Assembly (NCBI GenBank): GCA_050916045.1
Contig: CP051526.1
Location: 1,600,001-1,664,000, forward strand
From: Tepidisphaera sp.
GTDB lineage: Bacteria > Planctomycetota > Phycisphaerae > Phycisphaerales > UBA1924
Reading direction: 5' to 3'
Length of the DNA: 64,000 nucleotides
Shown: piece after piece, positions 47,101-56,220 of the stretch
Layout of the letters: every line of letters starts with the position of its first letter
Numbering within the stretch: the first letter of the stretch is position 1
Position numbers and translations under genes: made by a program
The notes under the pieces: generated by a model
Seen by the model: only the letters and a program-made list of their open reading frames with translations
Databases searched by the model: none
What the model was told of the DNA's origin: nothing

Positions 47101-48513
47101 TCAGTGATCGCCCTCGTGGAAGGTGCCGTCGGGGTGGAAGTGGCCGCCTTTGGTGATGCTGCCGCTGGTGGCGACCATGAGCTGGTAGACGCCGTCGAGG
47201 ACGACCTCGTTGCCCTCGGCCACGCCGCTCTTGATGATGACCCATCGACCGTCGTCCAGGCCGAGGTCGGCTTCCATCCGGATGGCTTTGTCCGGGTTGG
47301 CGGGGTCGCGGCGGAAGATGATCGAACTGGTGCCGTCGCGGACGACGCTTCGGAGCGGGATGGCGAGTTCACCGCTGCCTGAGCCGTCGGTCACGATCTC
47401 GAGGAACGCCGCGACTCCCGCTTTCGCCCACACGGGTGCCGTCGTGCCGGGTGTCGGCAGAAGGATGAGGTCGACGGTCCGGCGTTCGGCGTCGGCCGTG
47501 GGTGCCAGGGTGAGTGTGCCGCCGAAGGGCTCGAAGCTCGCGGTCGCCTGGGCCGGAATGACCGTCGCGGGGCGGCCTGTGGTGAGGCGGGAAAGGTCGC
47601 TTTGCAAGCCCACCGCGCGGAAGCGGACCTGATCGGGCTGGATCACGGTGACGACGGGCGCGTGCTCGTCGAGGAGATTGCCTGAGATGGCGTGCAAGGT
47701 CTCGACGACGCCGGCGGAGCTGGCTTTCACTTCGAGCGAGGACATCTTCCGCCAGCGTGGCGCGCCGGTCGGGTCGGTTGTCGCTCTGAGATCATCAGCG
47801 CCGACGCCGGCAAGAGTCGCGGCGGCTTCGAAGAGAAAGGCAAGACGCGAGCGTGAAGCGTCGAGCTGGGCCGCGGTCTCGGACTTGCGTGCGATCAGCT
47901 CGGCTTCCTTCTCGAGCGTCTCGGCGAGATCGGCCCGCGCGGAAGCGAGGGAAGCCCGGGCCTGAGCGATCTCGTCCCCGCGGGCACCGCCGGCGGCGGA
48001 GAGCTTGTCGAGCGTCTCGATGCGGGCGTTCCAAAGGTCGATGGATTTCTGGATCTCGCCGTGGTGGGTCTCGTGTGCGGCGAGGAGGGGGTCGATGCTG
48101 TCGACGCCGGCTTGCGCGAGCGTGACGGCCGCTTCCGCGTCGGCGATCTCTCGCTGCATCTCGCGCCATCGCGAGGAATCCAGTCGGTAGAGCGGAGTTC
48201 CGGGGGTGACGGTCTGGTACTGCTGCACAAGGAGCTCGATCGTGCCGCCGGCCGGGGCGCGATACTCGCGGAGTGCGGTGGGCTGGAGTTCGAACCTGCC
48301 CGGGACGCGGAGCGTGCGAGCGACGTTTCGGGTCTCGACCTTCGCGAAGGTGATGCCGAGATTCTGCCGCACGGTCGAGGGGATGTCGATGCGGTTGGTG
48401 GGCTGCGACGAAGCGGACTCCATCGTCGTCGGACCGGCCGCGGGCTCGCGGTCGCATCCGACGGACGCCAGCGTGAATGAGCAGAGCAGGGCGAGCAAGA
48501 GCGGTCGGCTCAT
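47101..48513 (-). CDS. Heavy-metal RND periplasmic adaptor (CzcB/CusB-like), lipoprotein
   Basis: Lipobox SVGC; QNLGI; C-terminal GGHFHPDGTFHEGDH. Confidence 0.85.
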   Translation of the reverse strand: MSRPLLLALLCSFTLASVGCDREPAAGPTTMESASSQPTNRIDIPSTVRQNLGITFAKVETRNVARTLRVPGRFELQPTALREYRAPAGGTIELLVQQYQTVTPGTPLYRLDSSRWREMQREIADAEAAVTLAQAGVDSIDPLLAAHETHHGEIQKSIDLWNARIETLDKLSAAGGARGDEIAQARASLASARADLAETLEKEAELIARKSETAAQLDASRSRLAFLFEAAATLAGVGADDLRATTDPTGAPRWRKMSSLEVKASSAGVVETLHAISGNLLDEHAPVVTVIQPDQVRFRAVGLQSDLSRLTTGRPATVIPAQATASFEPFGGTLTLAPTADAERRTVDLILLPTPGTTAPVWAKAGVAAFLEIVTDGSGSGELAIPLRSVVRDGTSSIIFRRDPANPDKAIRMEADLGLDDGRWVIIKSGVAEGNEVVLDGVYQLMVATSGSITKGGHFHPDGTFHEGDH

Positions 48514-50045
48514 GGGCGATCTCCTTGAGTCTTGTGTGTCGCGGCGGGCAGGGTGGGGGCGGTGGGGGAGTGAGGCTGGGGTGGGCCGGCGAGTTCGTCG
48601 AGGCGGATGGCGGCGAGCGATTCGGCCGCGTGGGCTTCGACGAGCTTCAGCTTGGCTTCCTGCTCGGACTTGAGGGCTTGGAGCAGAAGCAGAGCGTCCA
48701 CCCGGCCGAGCTCTGCGATGCGTTTGACGTCGGCGATCTGTTCGTCGGCAAGCGGAACGAGCATCGTCTCGATCGACACCCGCGCGGATCTCGCGGTGTC
48801 GCGCAGGATCGCCGCCGCGGCGTACCTTGAGCCGAGCGACTCGAGCGTGCTCGCGAACCGGCCCGCGGCTACCTCGCGGTGAGCTTCCGCGGTCGCGATG
48901 CCTTCCCGATTTCGATTCCAGATCGCGAGGGGAAGCTGGAGCCCCATGAGGATCCGGTCGTCTCCCTGATCAACGCCGTAGCCCGGCGCGATGTGAAGAT
49001 CGGGGTACTGCTTGCGGACCTCGAGCCTGAGGGCGGCTTCGGCGACCTCGTACTCGGCACGCACAACGGCGAGTTCGAGATTGCCGCGATCAACTGTGCC
49101 CGGGTCGAGCGCGGATGGCCGCGCCGTAAAGCTCAGTGTTTCGACGAGCGTAATCTCTGCGACGGGCGAGAGCCCGAGCAAGTCGCGGATCTGGAGCGCG
49201 AGCTCCTTGAGACGGCCCCGGCTTTGGACCAGCGACGCTTCGCTGGCCGCGAGTTCCACGCGGAAGACGCGAGCTTCGACTCGGGTCATCATTCCGGCGC
49301 TGGCTTGCTGCGTGGTGAGGTCGACGATCGCTCGCAGCTTGTCCACGAACTCGGACTCGATTTGCAGCCTTCGGGAGTGCGCGGAGTAGCGGATCCAGAG
49401 TTCGCGGAGGGCGGCGCGGGTGGCCCATTCGAGCGCGGCGATGCGGTGGAGTTCGGCGGTGTAGTCGGCTTTGGTGCGGTCCATCTCAGCGGAGAGGCGG
49501 CCGGAGATGGGGAGAGTGAGGCCGATGGATCCGGAGAGGACCCAGGGGTCGGAAACGCCGGAGAGGATGCGCTCGATGTCGAATCCGGCGACGGGGTCTT
49601 GCCATGCGCCCGCGAGGTCTGCACGGACGCGGGTGACCTCGGCTTCAAGCCTAGCAAGGTGAAGGTCGCGGTTGAAGACGAGAGCGACGGGCTCGGCTTC
49701 GGCGAGTGTCAGGCCGTCGGCGGGGTCGAAGACAGCGTCGACGCGGCCCTCGGCGGCGGCAAGGCGTCCGGCGAACTCCCTCACGGGCTGATCGCCGGCT
49801 GAGCGGCCAAGCCACGCCGTCTGGGTGGCTTGCGGATCGAGCGGCTTGCGCTCGTACGAGTGGCAGCCGACGCCGAGCAAGACAAAGCTCGCGAGGCTGA
49901 GCATGGAAGTGGTGCGGAGAAGCCAGCTCGGGCGCGGCGCCCGGGTGCAACCGCGCCGAAGCGGGTCGTTGAGCAATGCTTGATTCACGGATGGTCTCGG
50001 GGTGATGCGAGCGATCGAGCGTGGGCGGCCGTGGGCCAAGCCCAT
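48510..50045 (-). CDS. TolC/CzcC-like outer membrane factor (start uncertain; ATG 49904 is plausible)
   Basis: Lipobox GVGC; QYPDLHI, LPLAIWNRNREGI; adjacent to the MFP and RND genes. Confidence 0.85.
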   Translation of the reverse strand: MGLAHGRPRSIARITPRPSVNQALLNDPLRRGCTRAPRPSWLLRTTSMLSLASFVLLGVGCHSYERKPLDPQATQTAWLGRSAGDQPVREFAGRLAAAEGRVDAVFDPADGLTLAEAEPVALVFNRDLHLARLEAEVTRVRADLAGAWQDPVAGFDIERILSGVSDPWVLSGSIGLTLPISGRLSAEMDRTKADYTAELHRIAALEWATRAALRELWIRYSAHSRRLQIESEFVDKLRAIVDLTTQQASAGMMTRVEARVFRVELAASEASLVQSRGRLKELALQIRDLLGLSPVAEITLVETLSFTARPSALDPGTVDRGNLELAVVRAEYEVAEAALRLEVRKQYPDLHIAPGYGVDQGDDRILMGLQLPLAIWNRNREGIATAEAHREVAAGRFASTLESLGSRYAAAAILRDTARSARVSIETMLVPLADEQIADVKRIAELGRVDALLLLQALKSEQEAKLKLVEAHAAESLAAIRLDELAGPPQPHSPTAPTLPAATHKTQGDRP

Positions 50046-50131
50046 TTAGAAACCGACACGGATCGCGAGAACGACGCGGAGCGACGTTCCGAGCGATGCG
50101 GAATGCGGAGGTGTCAGGTTGGCTCGAGGGT

Positions 50132-50707
50132 CTAGATCAGCAGCGCGTGGCTGGTCCGGACGAGTCGCTGGCTTGTGCCCAGCGCGATGAAGTCCATCGG
50201 CGTGCTCTTCACGGTCGCTTCGGGCGGGTCGAGGAACGCCGCGTGGAACGAAGTGGTCGGGAGAATCGCGATGGCGACCGTGACGGTGAGCTGATGAAGC
50301 GTCTTGCTCACATCGACCGCGCGGGCCGGGAGCTGCTTGGGCTGAGCGAAGGAGACAAGGATGCCTTCGGGTGCGTGGTCGCAGTTGGAAGCGTCGTCGT
50401 CCTCGTGGGATGAGTCAAAGGGGGCGTCGCTGCTTGCGGGGTCGTGCTTGTGGTCGTGCGAGTGATCGTGATCGTGGCGGTGTTCTTCGCAGTGCTCACC
50501 CGCGATGAGCTTGAAGGCGCTGACCGGGCTGATGGCGTGAAAGTGCGTGGTCTGGTCGCCGTGAGCGTGGGCGACGAAGAGGCCGCCGCGAAGGAAGCCG
50601 AACACCAGCAGCGGGACAAGGACCGTGGCGATGACGACAGGCGTCCAGGACATCCGCGCCAAGCGGATCAGGGCCGAGGGCCGTTCTGTTCGAACGCTGT
50701 TTGCCAC
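50132..50707 (-). CDS. His-rich membrane-anchored protein heading the metal efflux operon
   Basis: TM helix, HAHGD, HCEEHRHDHDHSHDHKHD; C-terminal RTSHALLI. Confidence 0.7.
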   Translation of the reverse strand: MANSVRTERPSALIRLARMSWTPVVIATVLVPLLVFGFLRGGLFVAHAHGDQTTHFHAISPVSAFKLIAGEHCEEHRHDHDHSHDHKHDPASSDAPFDSSHEDDDASNCDHAPEGILVSFAQPKQLPARAVDVSKTLHQLTVTVAIAILPTTSFHAAFLDPPEATVKSTPMDFIALGTSQRLVRTSHALLI

Positions 50708-50713
50708 GAATGC

Positions 50714-50742
50714 AGCGTATCGGCCGGATCGCGGGGTGTCAA
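50714..50742 (-). promoter_or_regulatory. Sigma70 promoter with leaderless geometry
   Basis: Minus strand TTGACA (50742-50737), 17 bp, TACGCT (50719-50714), 6 nt, GTG 50707. Confidence 0.7.
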
Positions 50743-50824
50743 TGAATCAAGCCCCCCGGGTCGGGGGTGATCCGACGCGCGTGTTCTCGGGCGGGCTCTC
50801 GGCGCGGCGGCGGTCCGGGCCGAG

Positions 50825-51469
50825 TTACACCAGTAGGTGAAGCGGGACGTCGGCGAGGGTCGGGAAGACGACGTCCGCACCTGCATCGGTCAGTTCGTGG
50901 GCTTTGTGGGTGGTGGCGACGCCGATGCCGAGCATGCCGGCGGCTTTGGCGGCTTGGATGCCGGCTGGTGCGTCTTCGATGACGGCGCAGCGAGCTGGTT
51001 CAAGGGCGAGGAGGGAAGCGGCCTGAAGGAAGACGTCCGGGGCGGGCTTGCCGCGCTTGACCTGCGAGCCGTCGACGACGGCCTGGAACGATCCGCGGAT
51101 GCCGCCGGAGTCGAGCACGAGAGCGACGTTCTCGGGGGGCGCGGAGGAGCCGACGGCGAGGCGGGCGTTCCGCCGGGCGAGGTTGTCGAGGAGCGGGAGG
51201 AGGCCGGGCGCGAGAGGGACATCTGTCCGGATGATCTCGCGGAAGGCGTGCTCCTTCTCGTCGGCGATGCGCAGGGATTCGGCGTGGTCGACGTGCTCGC
51301 CGAACATGATGCGGATGCAGTCGGCGTTGACGCGGCCGAAGCAGGAGAGGAAGGTCTTGTACTCGAGCTTGGTGCCCAGGCGTTGGGCGGCGCTCTGCCA
51401 GGCGAGCCAGTGGGCTTGCTCGGTGAGCACGATGACGCCGTCCATGTCGAAGATCACTCCCTTGCTCAT
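50825..51469 (-). CDS. HAD-family phosphatase (beta-phosphoglucomutase-like)
   Basis: FDMDGV, GSS, GKPAPDVF, IEDAPAGIQAA. Confidence 0.9.
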   Translation of the reverse strand: MSKGVIFDMDGVIVLTEQAHWLAWQSAAQRLGTKLEYKTFLSCFGRVNADCIRIMFGEHVDHAESLRIADEKEHAFREIIRTDVPLAPGLLPLLDNLARRNARLAVGSSAPPENVALVLDSGGIRGSFQAVVDGSQVKRGKPAPDVFLQAASLLALEPARCAVIEDAPAGIQAAKAAGMLGIGVATTHKAHELTDAGADVVFPTLADVPLHLLV

Positions 51470-51523
51470 GTGAAGCTGCTCCAGAATCTCCCTTGGCGGA
51501 GGTGCGAACGGTAGCAATCCAAA

Positions 51524-53959
51524 TCAGGGAGCTTTGGTCTGGGTTCGGAGGATTCCGGCGCCGAAGAGGCCGCCGGTCATGCGGTCGGGCTTGCCGGTGA
51601 GTTTGACGCGGACTTTGTCCTTGCCCGCGAGGAGCGAAGCTGGAACGGCGTATTCGACGTCGAAGAACTCGTTGGGCTTGGTGTTGTCGAGGATCTGGGT
51701 GGCGATCAGGGTGCCGTCGATAGAGATCTCGAACTCGCGGCCGCCGGAATCCGAGCCCCAGTAGGTGCAGGTAAGGATGGCGTCCGAGTCCTTGGGGACC
51801 TTGAGGTCGAAAGCGATCCAGCCGCGGGGGCCGGCGTCTCGCCAGCGGCGGCCCATGTGCTCGCCGGCGTTGGTGAAGACGCCGTCGAAAGCGTGGTCGC
51901 GTTCGGGCTGCATCTCGCCGGGCTGGAAGAAGTCGACCATCCTGGCGGCGCGTTCACGCTGGACGGCTTCGGCGCGCTCGATCTCGGCTTGTCGCTCGGT
52001 CCACTGGGCCTGGCTGAGGCGCTTCCAGTAGACGGTGTAGCGTTCGTTGGCGACGCGGAAGAGAGGGATCAGCGGAAGGTCGGCGGGTCGGACGGCTTCG
52101 TCGGTGCGGAAAGCGAGGGCGTTGGGGTCGGAGCGCGAGACGCGGCGCGTGAGTTCAGAAGCGTCGCAGACGAGGTGGGGCGTCCGCTTGATGTCGACCT
52201 CGGAGGGGTCCATGACGCCCGCGAGGACGACGGGGCCGAAGAGGAAAGCGACGCGGTCGGGATCGTCGGGCGTGGGCTCGGCGGTGAGCTTCATGGGGAG
52301 GGTGAGGGTGAGGCGGTCGCCCGGCTTCCATTCGCGCTCGATGGTGCAGTAGGAGCCGGGGGAGGCGGCGGCGGCGAGCGGTTCGCCGTTGAGGGTGAAG
52401 GTGGGCGTGCCGGCGAGCCACACGGGGCAGCGGATCTTCAGGGCGAGAGTGATGGGTTTGTCGGACTCGAAGCGGAGGGTTGAGGTGTTCTGATCGGGGA
52501 AGGCGGTTTCCTGGATGACCTTGAGGCCCAGGTCCTTCCAGCGGAGTTCGCTGGCGATGAAGAGGTTGACATGGAGGGCCGGGGGCCGGGTTGGCGCGAT
52601 GGCTCGCGAGTAGATGGTGTCGGCGTAGGAAGCGTGGTTTTCCATGCCGGAACCGACGCAGCAGGTGAAATCGTCGAAGGGCCTCTGGAAGGGCTTGGTC
52701 GAACCCGGGCGGAGCGGTGTGAAGTAGAGAACGCCGTCGCCCGCGGGGTCCTTGGATGCGAGGATGTGGTTGTACAGCGCCCGCTCGTAGTAATCCATGA
52801 TCGCGGCGTCGCCGGACCACTCGTGCAACTGCCGCGAGAGCTTGAGCATGTTGTAGGTGTTGCAGGTTTCGGTGGTGTTTCCTTCGAGGCGGGCCGCAAG
52901 GATCCGCGGCTGGGCGAGGTACTCGTTCATCGAGTTGCCGCCGGTGACGTAGGAATGGTCGCGGGTGACGGTCTTCCAGAAGAACCGCGCGGCGTCGCCG
53001 AGCATCGGGTCGGCGGTGAGTTCGTGCTGGCGTGCGGCACCGATGAGCTTGGGGATCTGCGTGTTGGAGTGGAGCCCGGGAAGGATGTCTTTGCCTTCGG
53101 CGAGCGGCGTGAGGATGCGGAGGTCGTTGAAGCGTCGGGCGAGGTCCAGGTGCTTGGGGTCCTTGGTGATCGCCCAGAGGTCGGCGGCGAGTTCATTCAT
53201 GCCGCCGTGCTCGCAGCGGAGCATGCGGTCGAGTTGTTCGGGCGAGAGCGAACCGACGATCGAATGGGAGTAATCGGCGAGGCCCCGCCAGACTTCGAGG
53301 GCTTTGGTGTTGTTGCAGAAGAGGTAGGCGTCGCGGAGGCCGGCCATCTGCTTGTGGAGGGTGTACCAAGGGACCCAGATGCCGTTGAGGTCAAAGCCTT
53401 TGGAGCGGATGTCGCCGGCGGCGACCTCGGCGAGGGCTTTCTTTCCGCCACGGATGGCGGCGACGTATCCGGGGAAGCCGTTTCGCGTGTTGGCGGCCTG
53501 GCAGAGGGCGAGTTCGTCCACGAGGTAGGCGACGCGGTCCTTGAACCTGGCGTCGCCCGTGCCGGCGTACATCTTGGCGCACGCGGTGAGGTAGTGGCCG
53601 AGCGAGTGGCCGCCGATGGTGTCGCGCTCCCAGCCGCCGTAGCCCTCGGCTTTGGGCTCAAGACCGGCGTCGGAGCGGAAGCGGGCGAGCAAACGGTCCG
53701 CTTCGATGCGGAGGAGGTAGTCGGCGTGGGCGTCCCGAGCTTTCTTGAACGGGTTGATGAACGGTGCCGGAGCGTCGAGGAGCGAGACGTCAGCAGCGGA
53801 GAAAGTGCGGAGGGCCGGCGAGAAAGCCTGCGAGAAAGCCGGCGCCGGTGCGGCGGGCGCGCTTGGGGCGGGGGCCGCAGGCTGGGCAGCGGCCGCGAGC
53901 GGAGCGGCGCAGCTGATCGCGACGGCGGCGAGCCGGAGTGCGAAGTCGGAAACGTGCAT
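51524..53959 (-). CDS. Secreted beta-L-arabinofuranosidase-like glycoside hydrolase (GH146/GH127, DUF1680)
   Basis: YGGWE, GHSLGHYL, EHGGMNE, HSNTQIPK, ETCNTYNMLKL, FTCCVGSGMENH. Confidence 0.88.
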   Translation of the reverse strand: MHVSDFALRLAAVAISCAAPLAAAAQPAAPAPSAPAAPAPAFSQAFSPALRTFSAADVSLLDAPAPFINPFKKARDAHADYLLRIEADRLLARFRSDAGLEPKAEGYGGWERDTIGGHSLGHYLTACAKMYAGTGDARFKDRVAYLVDELALCQAANTRNGFPGYVAAIRGGKKALAEVAAGDIRSKGFDLNGIWVPWYTLHKQMAGLRDAYLFCNNTKALEVWRGLADYSHSIVGSLSPEQLDRMLRCEHGGMNELAADLWAITKDPKHLDLARRFNDLRILTPLAEGKDILPGLHSNTQIPKLIGAARQHELTADPMLGDAARFFWKTVTRDHSYVTGGNSMNEYLAQPRILAARLEGNTTETCNTYNMLKLSRQLHEWSGDAAIMDYYERALYNHILASKDPAGDGVLYFTPLRPGSTKPFQRPFDDFTCCVGSGMENHASYADTIYSRAIAPTRPPALHVNLFIASELRWKDLGLKVIQETAFPDQNTSTLRFESDKPITLALKIRCPVWLAGTPTFTLNGEPLAAAASPGSYCTIEREWKPGDRLTLTLPMKLTAEPTPDDPDRVAFLFGPVVLAGVMDPSEVDIKRTPHLVCDASELTRRVSRSDPNALAFRTDEAVRPADLPLIPLFRVANERYTVYWKRLSQAQWTERQAEIERAEAVQRERAARMVDFFQPGEMQPERDHAFDGVFTNAGEHMGRRWRDAGPRGWIAFDLKVPKDSDAILTCTYWGSDSGGREFEISIDGTLIATQILDNTKPNEFFDVEYAVPASLLAGKDKVRVKLTGKPDRMTGGLFGAGILRTQTKAP

Positions 53960-53970
53960 GTCGTGGTTCC

Positions 53971-55476
53971 TCAGACGGCGAGCGGAGCGGCGATGGGAGA
54001 ATCGGCGACGGTGGAGATCCCCTCGAAGGGGAGACGCGGGGAATAAAGCCCCTGAACGTCCTGCGTGGCGTGGTAGACCTTGGCGCCCATGTAGTTGCCC
54101 AGGGCTTCCCAGAGCACGTTGCCGACGTGACCCTGGGTGATTGCGACATGGTGCGGGAAGTGCTTGAGGAGGACGTCGCGGTAGAGACGCTGGAGGTTGG
54201 GGAGTCGGCACCAGCCGTAGCAGCCGAAGGTGACGGCGGGGTTGTCCTCGATTCGGCCCTGTGCGATGACGGCTTTGAGATCGCCCGTGGGGTCCTGAGT
54301 CATGCGGCAGAGCGTGAGGGGGTTGGGCTTGGCGATGAACTCGATGGTGCCTTCGGAGTTGTCGTACGAAGCCGCGCCGGAGCTTGCGATGATCTCCTGC
54401 ACGCCGAGCTTGACGGGCGTCTTGGCGAACGCCGCGGGAAAGACGCCGCAGTGCCAGACGTTGACGAGTTCATCGTCGTCGTTGTGGAGGTTGTTCCAGT
54501 CCGCGAGGCCGGCGGGGGAGTCGCTGGCAAGCATGGAGGCGTGCATCGAGATCGTGCCCATGATGTCCGCTTCGCACGCGGAGGGCATCCCCTCATCGCC
54601 GAAACGGCTCATGGTGGTGCAGGAGCAGACGCCGTAGTTGGCTTGGATGCTCGTCCAGCACTGGATGGCGAAAGCGTCGATGGCGTTGTCCTTGCCCCAG
54701 CGGCGGAGGAAGAGCTCGAGTTTCGCCGAACGCATCACCGAAAGCTGTTTGATCGCGGCGGTGTTGGCGTAGCCGTTGATGCTCGCGACGACCTTGGCGA
54801 GATCGGGATCGTTGTCGGGGATGCGGTTGGCTCCGCCGATGGCTTCGGAGAGGTCGAGCGTGACGACGGTGGGGCCCATGAGCTGGAGCTGCTTCTCGTT
54901 GTAACGACAGGTCCAGAACGCGTCCGGGCGGGCTCCGATCTGGCCGTAGCGCGCGTTGCGGAGTCCGTGGACCACGCGGCAGACGCGGACGAACCAGTCG
55001 ACGTCGCGGCGGAAGGACTCGTCGGTCGGAAAGCAGATCGGCCGCTGGGCGACGGTGTACGCCGCGCCGATCTGCCGCAGGACCTCGCCGATCGAGAGCA
55101 AGCCGCAGAAGGAGTCGCGGCGCTTGGTCGTCATCGTGAGGCGTTCCTCCTCCTGACAGCCGTAGATGAGGATCGGAACGTTGAGAGCGGCTTTCTTGAC
55201 GCACCAGGCCACGCCCTGTTCCTCGCCGAAGTTCACGGCTCCGACGATGATGCCGTGGACGCCTTCGCGGCGGAAGAGCTCGGCGGCGAGTTCGGCTTCC
55301 TGACGCGTCTCGACGCAGCCGACCTTGGTCTGGCTGACGTCAGGAACCACGACCTGCACACCCATCGCCCTCAGGACGGTGATGGTCTGGTCACGCATCT
55401 TGGCGGCGAGCTCCTTGGAGAAAAAGCCGCGGTTGCTGGGGATGAAGCCGAGTTTGACGGTGGTCAGGCGTGGCAT
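53971..55476 (-). CDS. L-fucose/L-arabinose isomerase family protein
   Basis: NFGEE, RRDSFCG, AIQCW, ACEADIMG, WHCG, HHVA; lies inside the araB-araD operon. Confidence 0.8.
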   Translation of the reverse strand: MPRLTTVKLGFIPSNRGFFSKELAAKMRDQTITVLRAMGVQVVVPDVSQTKVGCVETRQEAELAAELFRREGVHGIIVGAVNFGEEQGVAWCVKKAALNVPILIYGCQEEERLTMTTKRRDSFCGLLSIGEVLRQIGAAYTVAQRPICFPTDESFRRDVDWFVRVCRVVHGLRNARYGQIGARPDAFWTCRYNEKQLQLMGPTVVTLDLSEAIGGANRIPDNDPDLAKVVASINGYANTAAIKQLSVMRSAKLELFLRRWGKDNAIDAFAIQCWTSIQANYGVCSCTTMSRFGDEGMPSACEADIMGTISMHASMLASDSPAGLADWNNLHNDDDELVNVWHCGVFPAAFAKTPVKLGVQEIIASSGAASYDNSEGTIEFIAKPNPLTLCRMTQDPTGDLKAVIAQGRIEDNPAVTFGCYGWCRLPNLQRLYRDVLLKHFPHHVAITQGHVGNVLWEALGNYMGAKVYHATQDVQGLYSPRLPFEGISTVADSPIAAPLAV

Positions 55477-55527
55477 GGTGCGTGTCCGAGGTTTGGGGAA
55501 CGGTTCAGGAAGGAATCGGTACGAAGT

Positions 55528-56220
55528 TCAGGGCTGACCGTAGTACCGGTTGGCCCCGTGCTTGCGGTCGTGATGCTTGGCGAGGACGTGCGGTTCGAGG
55601 GTCGGTGTGTCCGGGCGGAAAAGGAGCGTCGCGTGGGCCATTCGGGCGACGGCTTCGAGGGCGACGGCGTTGTCGACGGCTTTTGCCATCGACGGCCCCC
55701 AGGCGAAGGGAGCGTGGCCCGCGACGAGGACGGCCGGAATCGCGGCAGGGTCAGTGTTGGCGAACCGCTCGACGATGACGCGGCCGGTATTGTGCTCGTA
55801 CTCGGTCAGTTCGGCGGGCGTGAGCTGTCGCGTGACGGGGACCGCGCCGGCGAAGTGGTCGGCGTGCGTCGTGCCCAAGCAGGGGATCTCCCGGCGGGCC
55901 TGAGCAAAGACGGTGGCGAACGTGCTATGGGTGTGCACGATGGCTCCAACCTTGGGGAAAGCGTTGTACAGAGCAAGGTGCGTCGGAGCGTCTGTCGAGG
56001 GCCGCAGCGCGCCCCGGACGACCTTCCCCGAAAGCTCGAGCACGACGATCTGGTCTGGCGTGAGCGTGTCGTACGAGACGCCGCTTGGCTTGATCGCAAC
56101 CAAGCCCTCGTCCCGGAGAATCGCGCTGGCATTGCCCCACGTCAGCGTGACCAGGCCGTGGTTGACCAGAGCGAGATTCGCGTGGCAGACCTCGGCGCAG
56201 AGGCGGTCAAGAGCGGTCAT
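55528..56220 (-). CDS. araD: L-ribulose-5-phosphate 4-epimerase
   Basis: TWGNAS, IKPSGVSY, PSTDAPTH, HTHS, GTTHADHF, RKHGANRYYGQ. Confidence 0.95.
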   Translation of the reverse strand: MTALDRLCAEVCHANLALVNHGLVTLTWGNASAILRDEGLVAIKPSGVSYDTLTPDQIVVLELSGKVVRGALRPSTDAPTHLALYNAFPKVGAIVHTHSTFATVFAQARREIPCLGTTHADHFAGAVPVTRQLTPAELTEYEHNTGRVIVERFANTDPAAIPAVLVAGHAPFAWGPSMAKAVDNAVALEAVARMAHATLLFRPDTPTLEPHVLAKHHDRKHGANRYYGQP

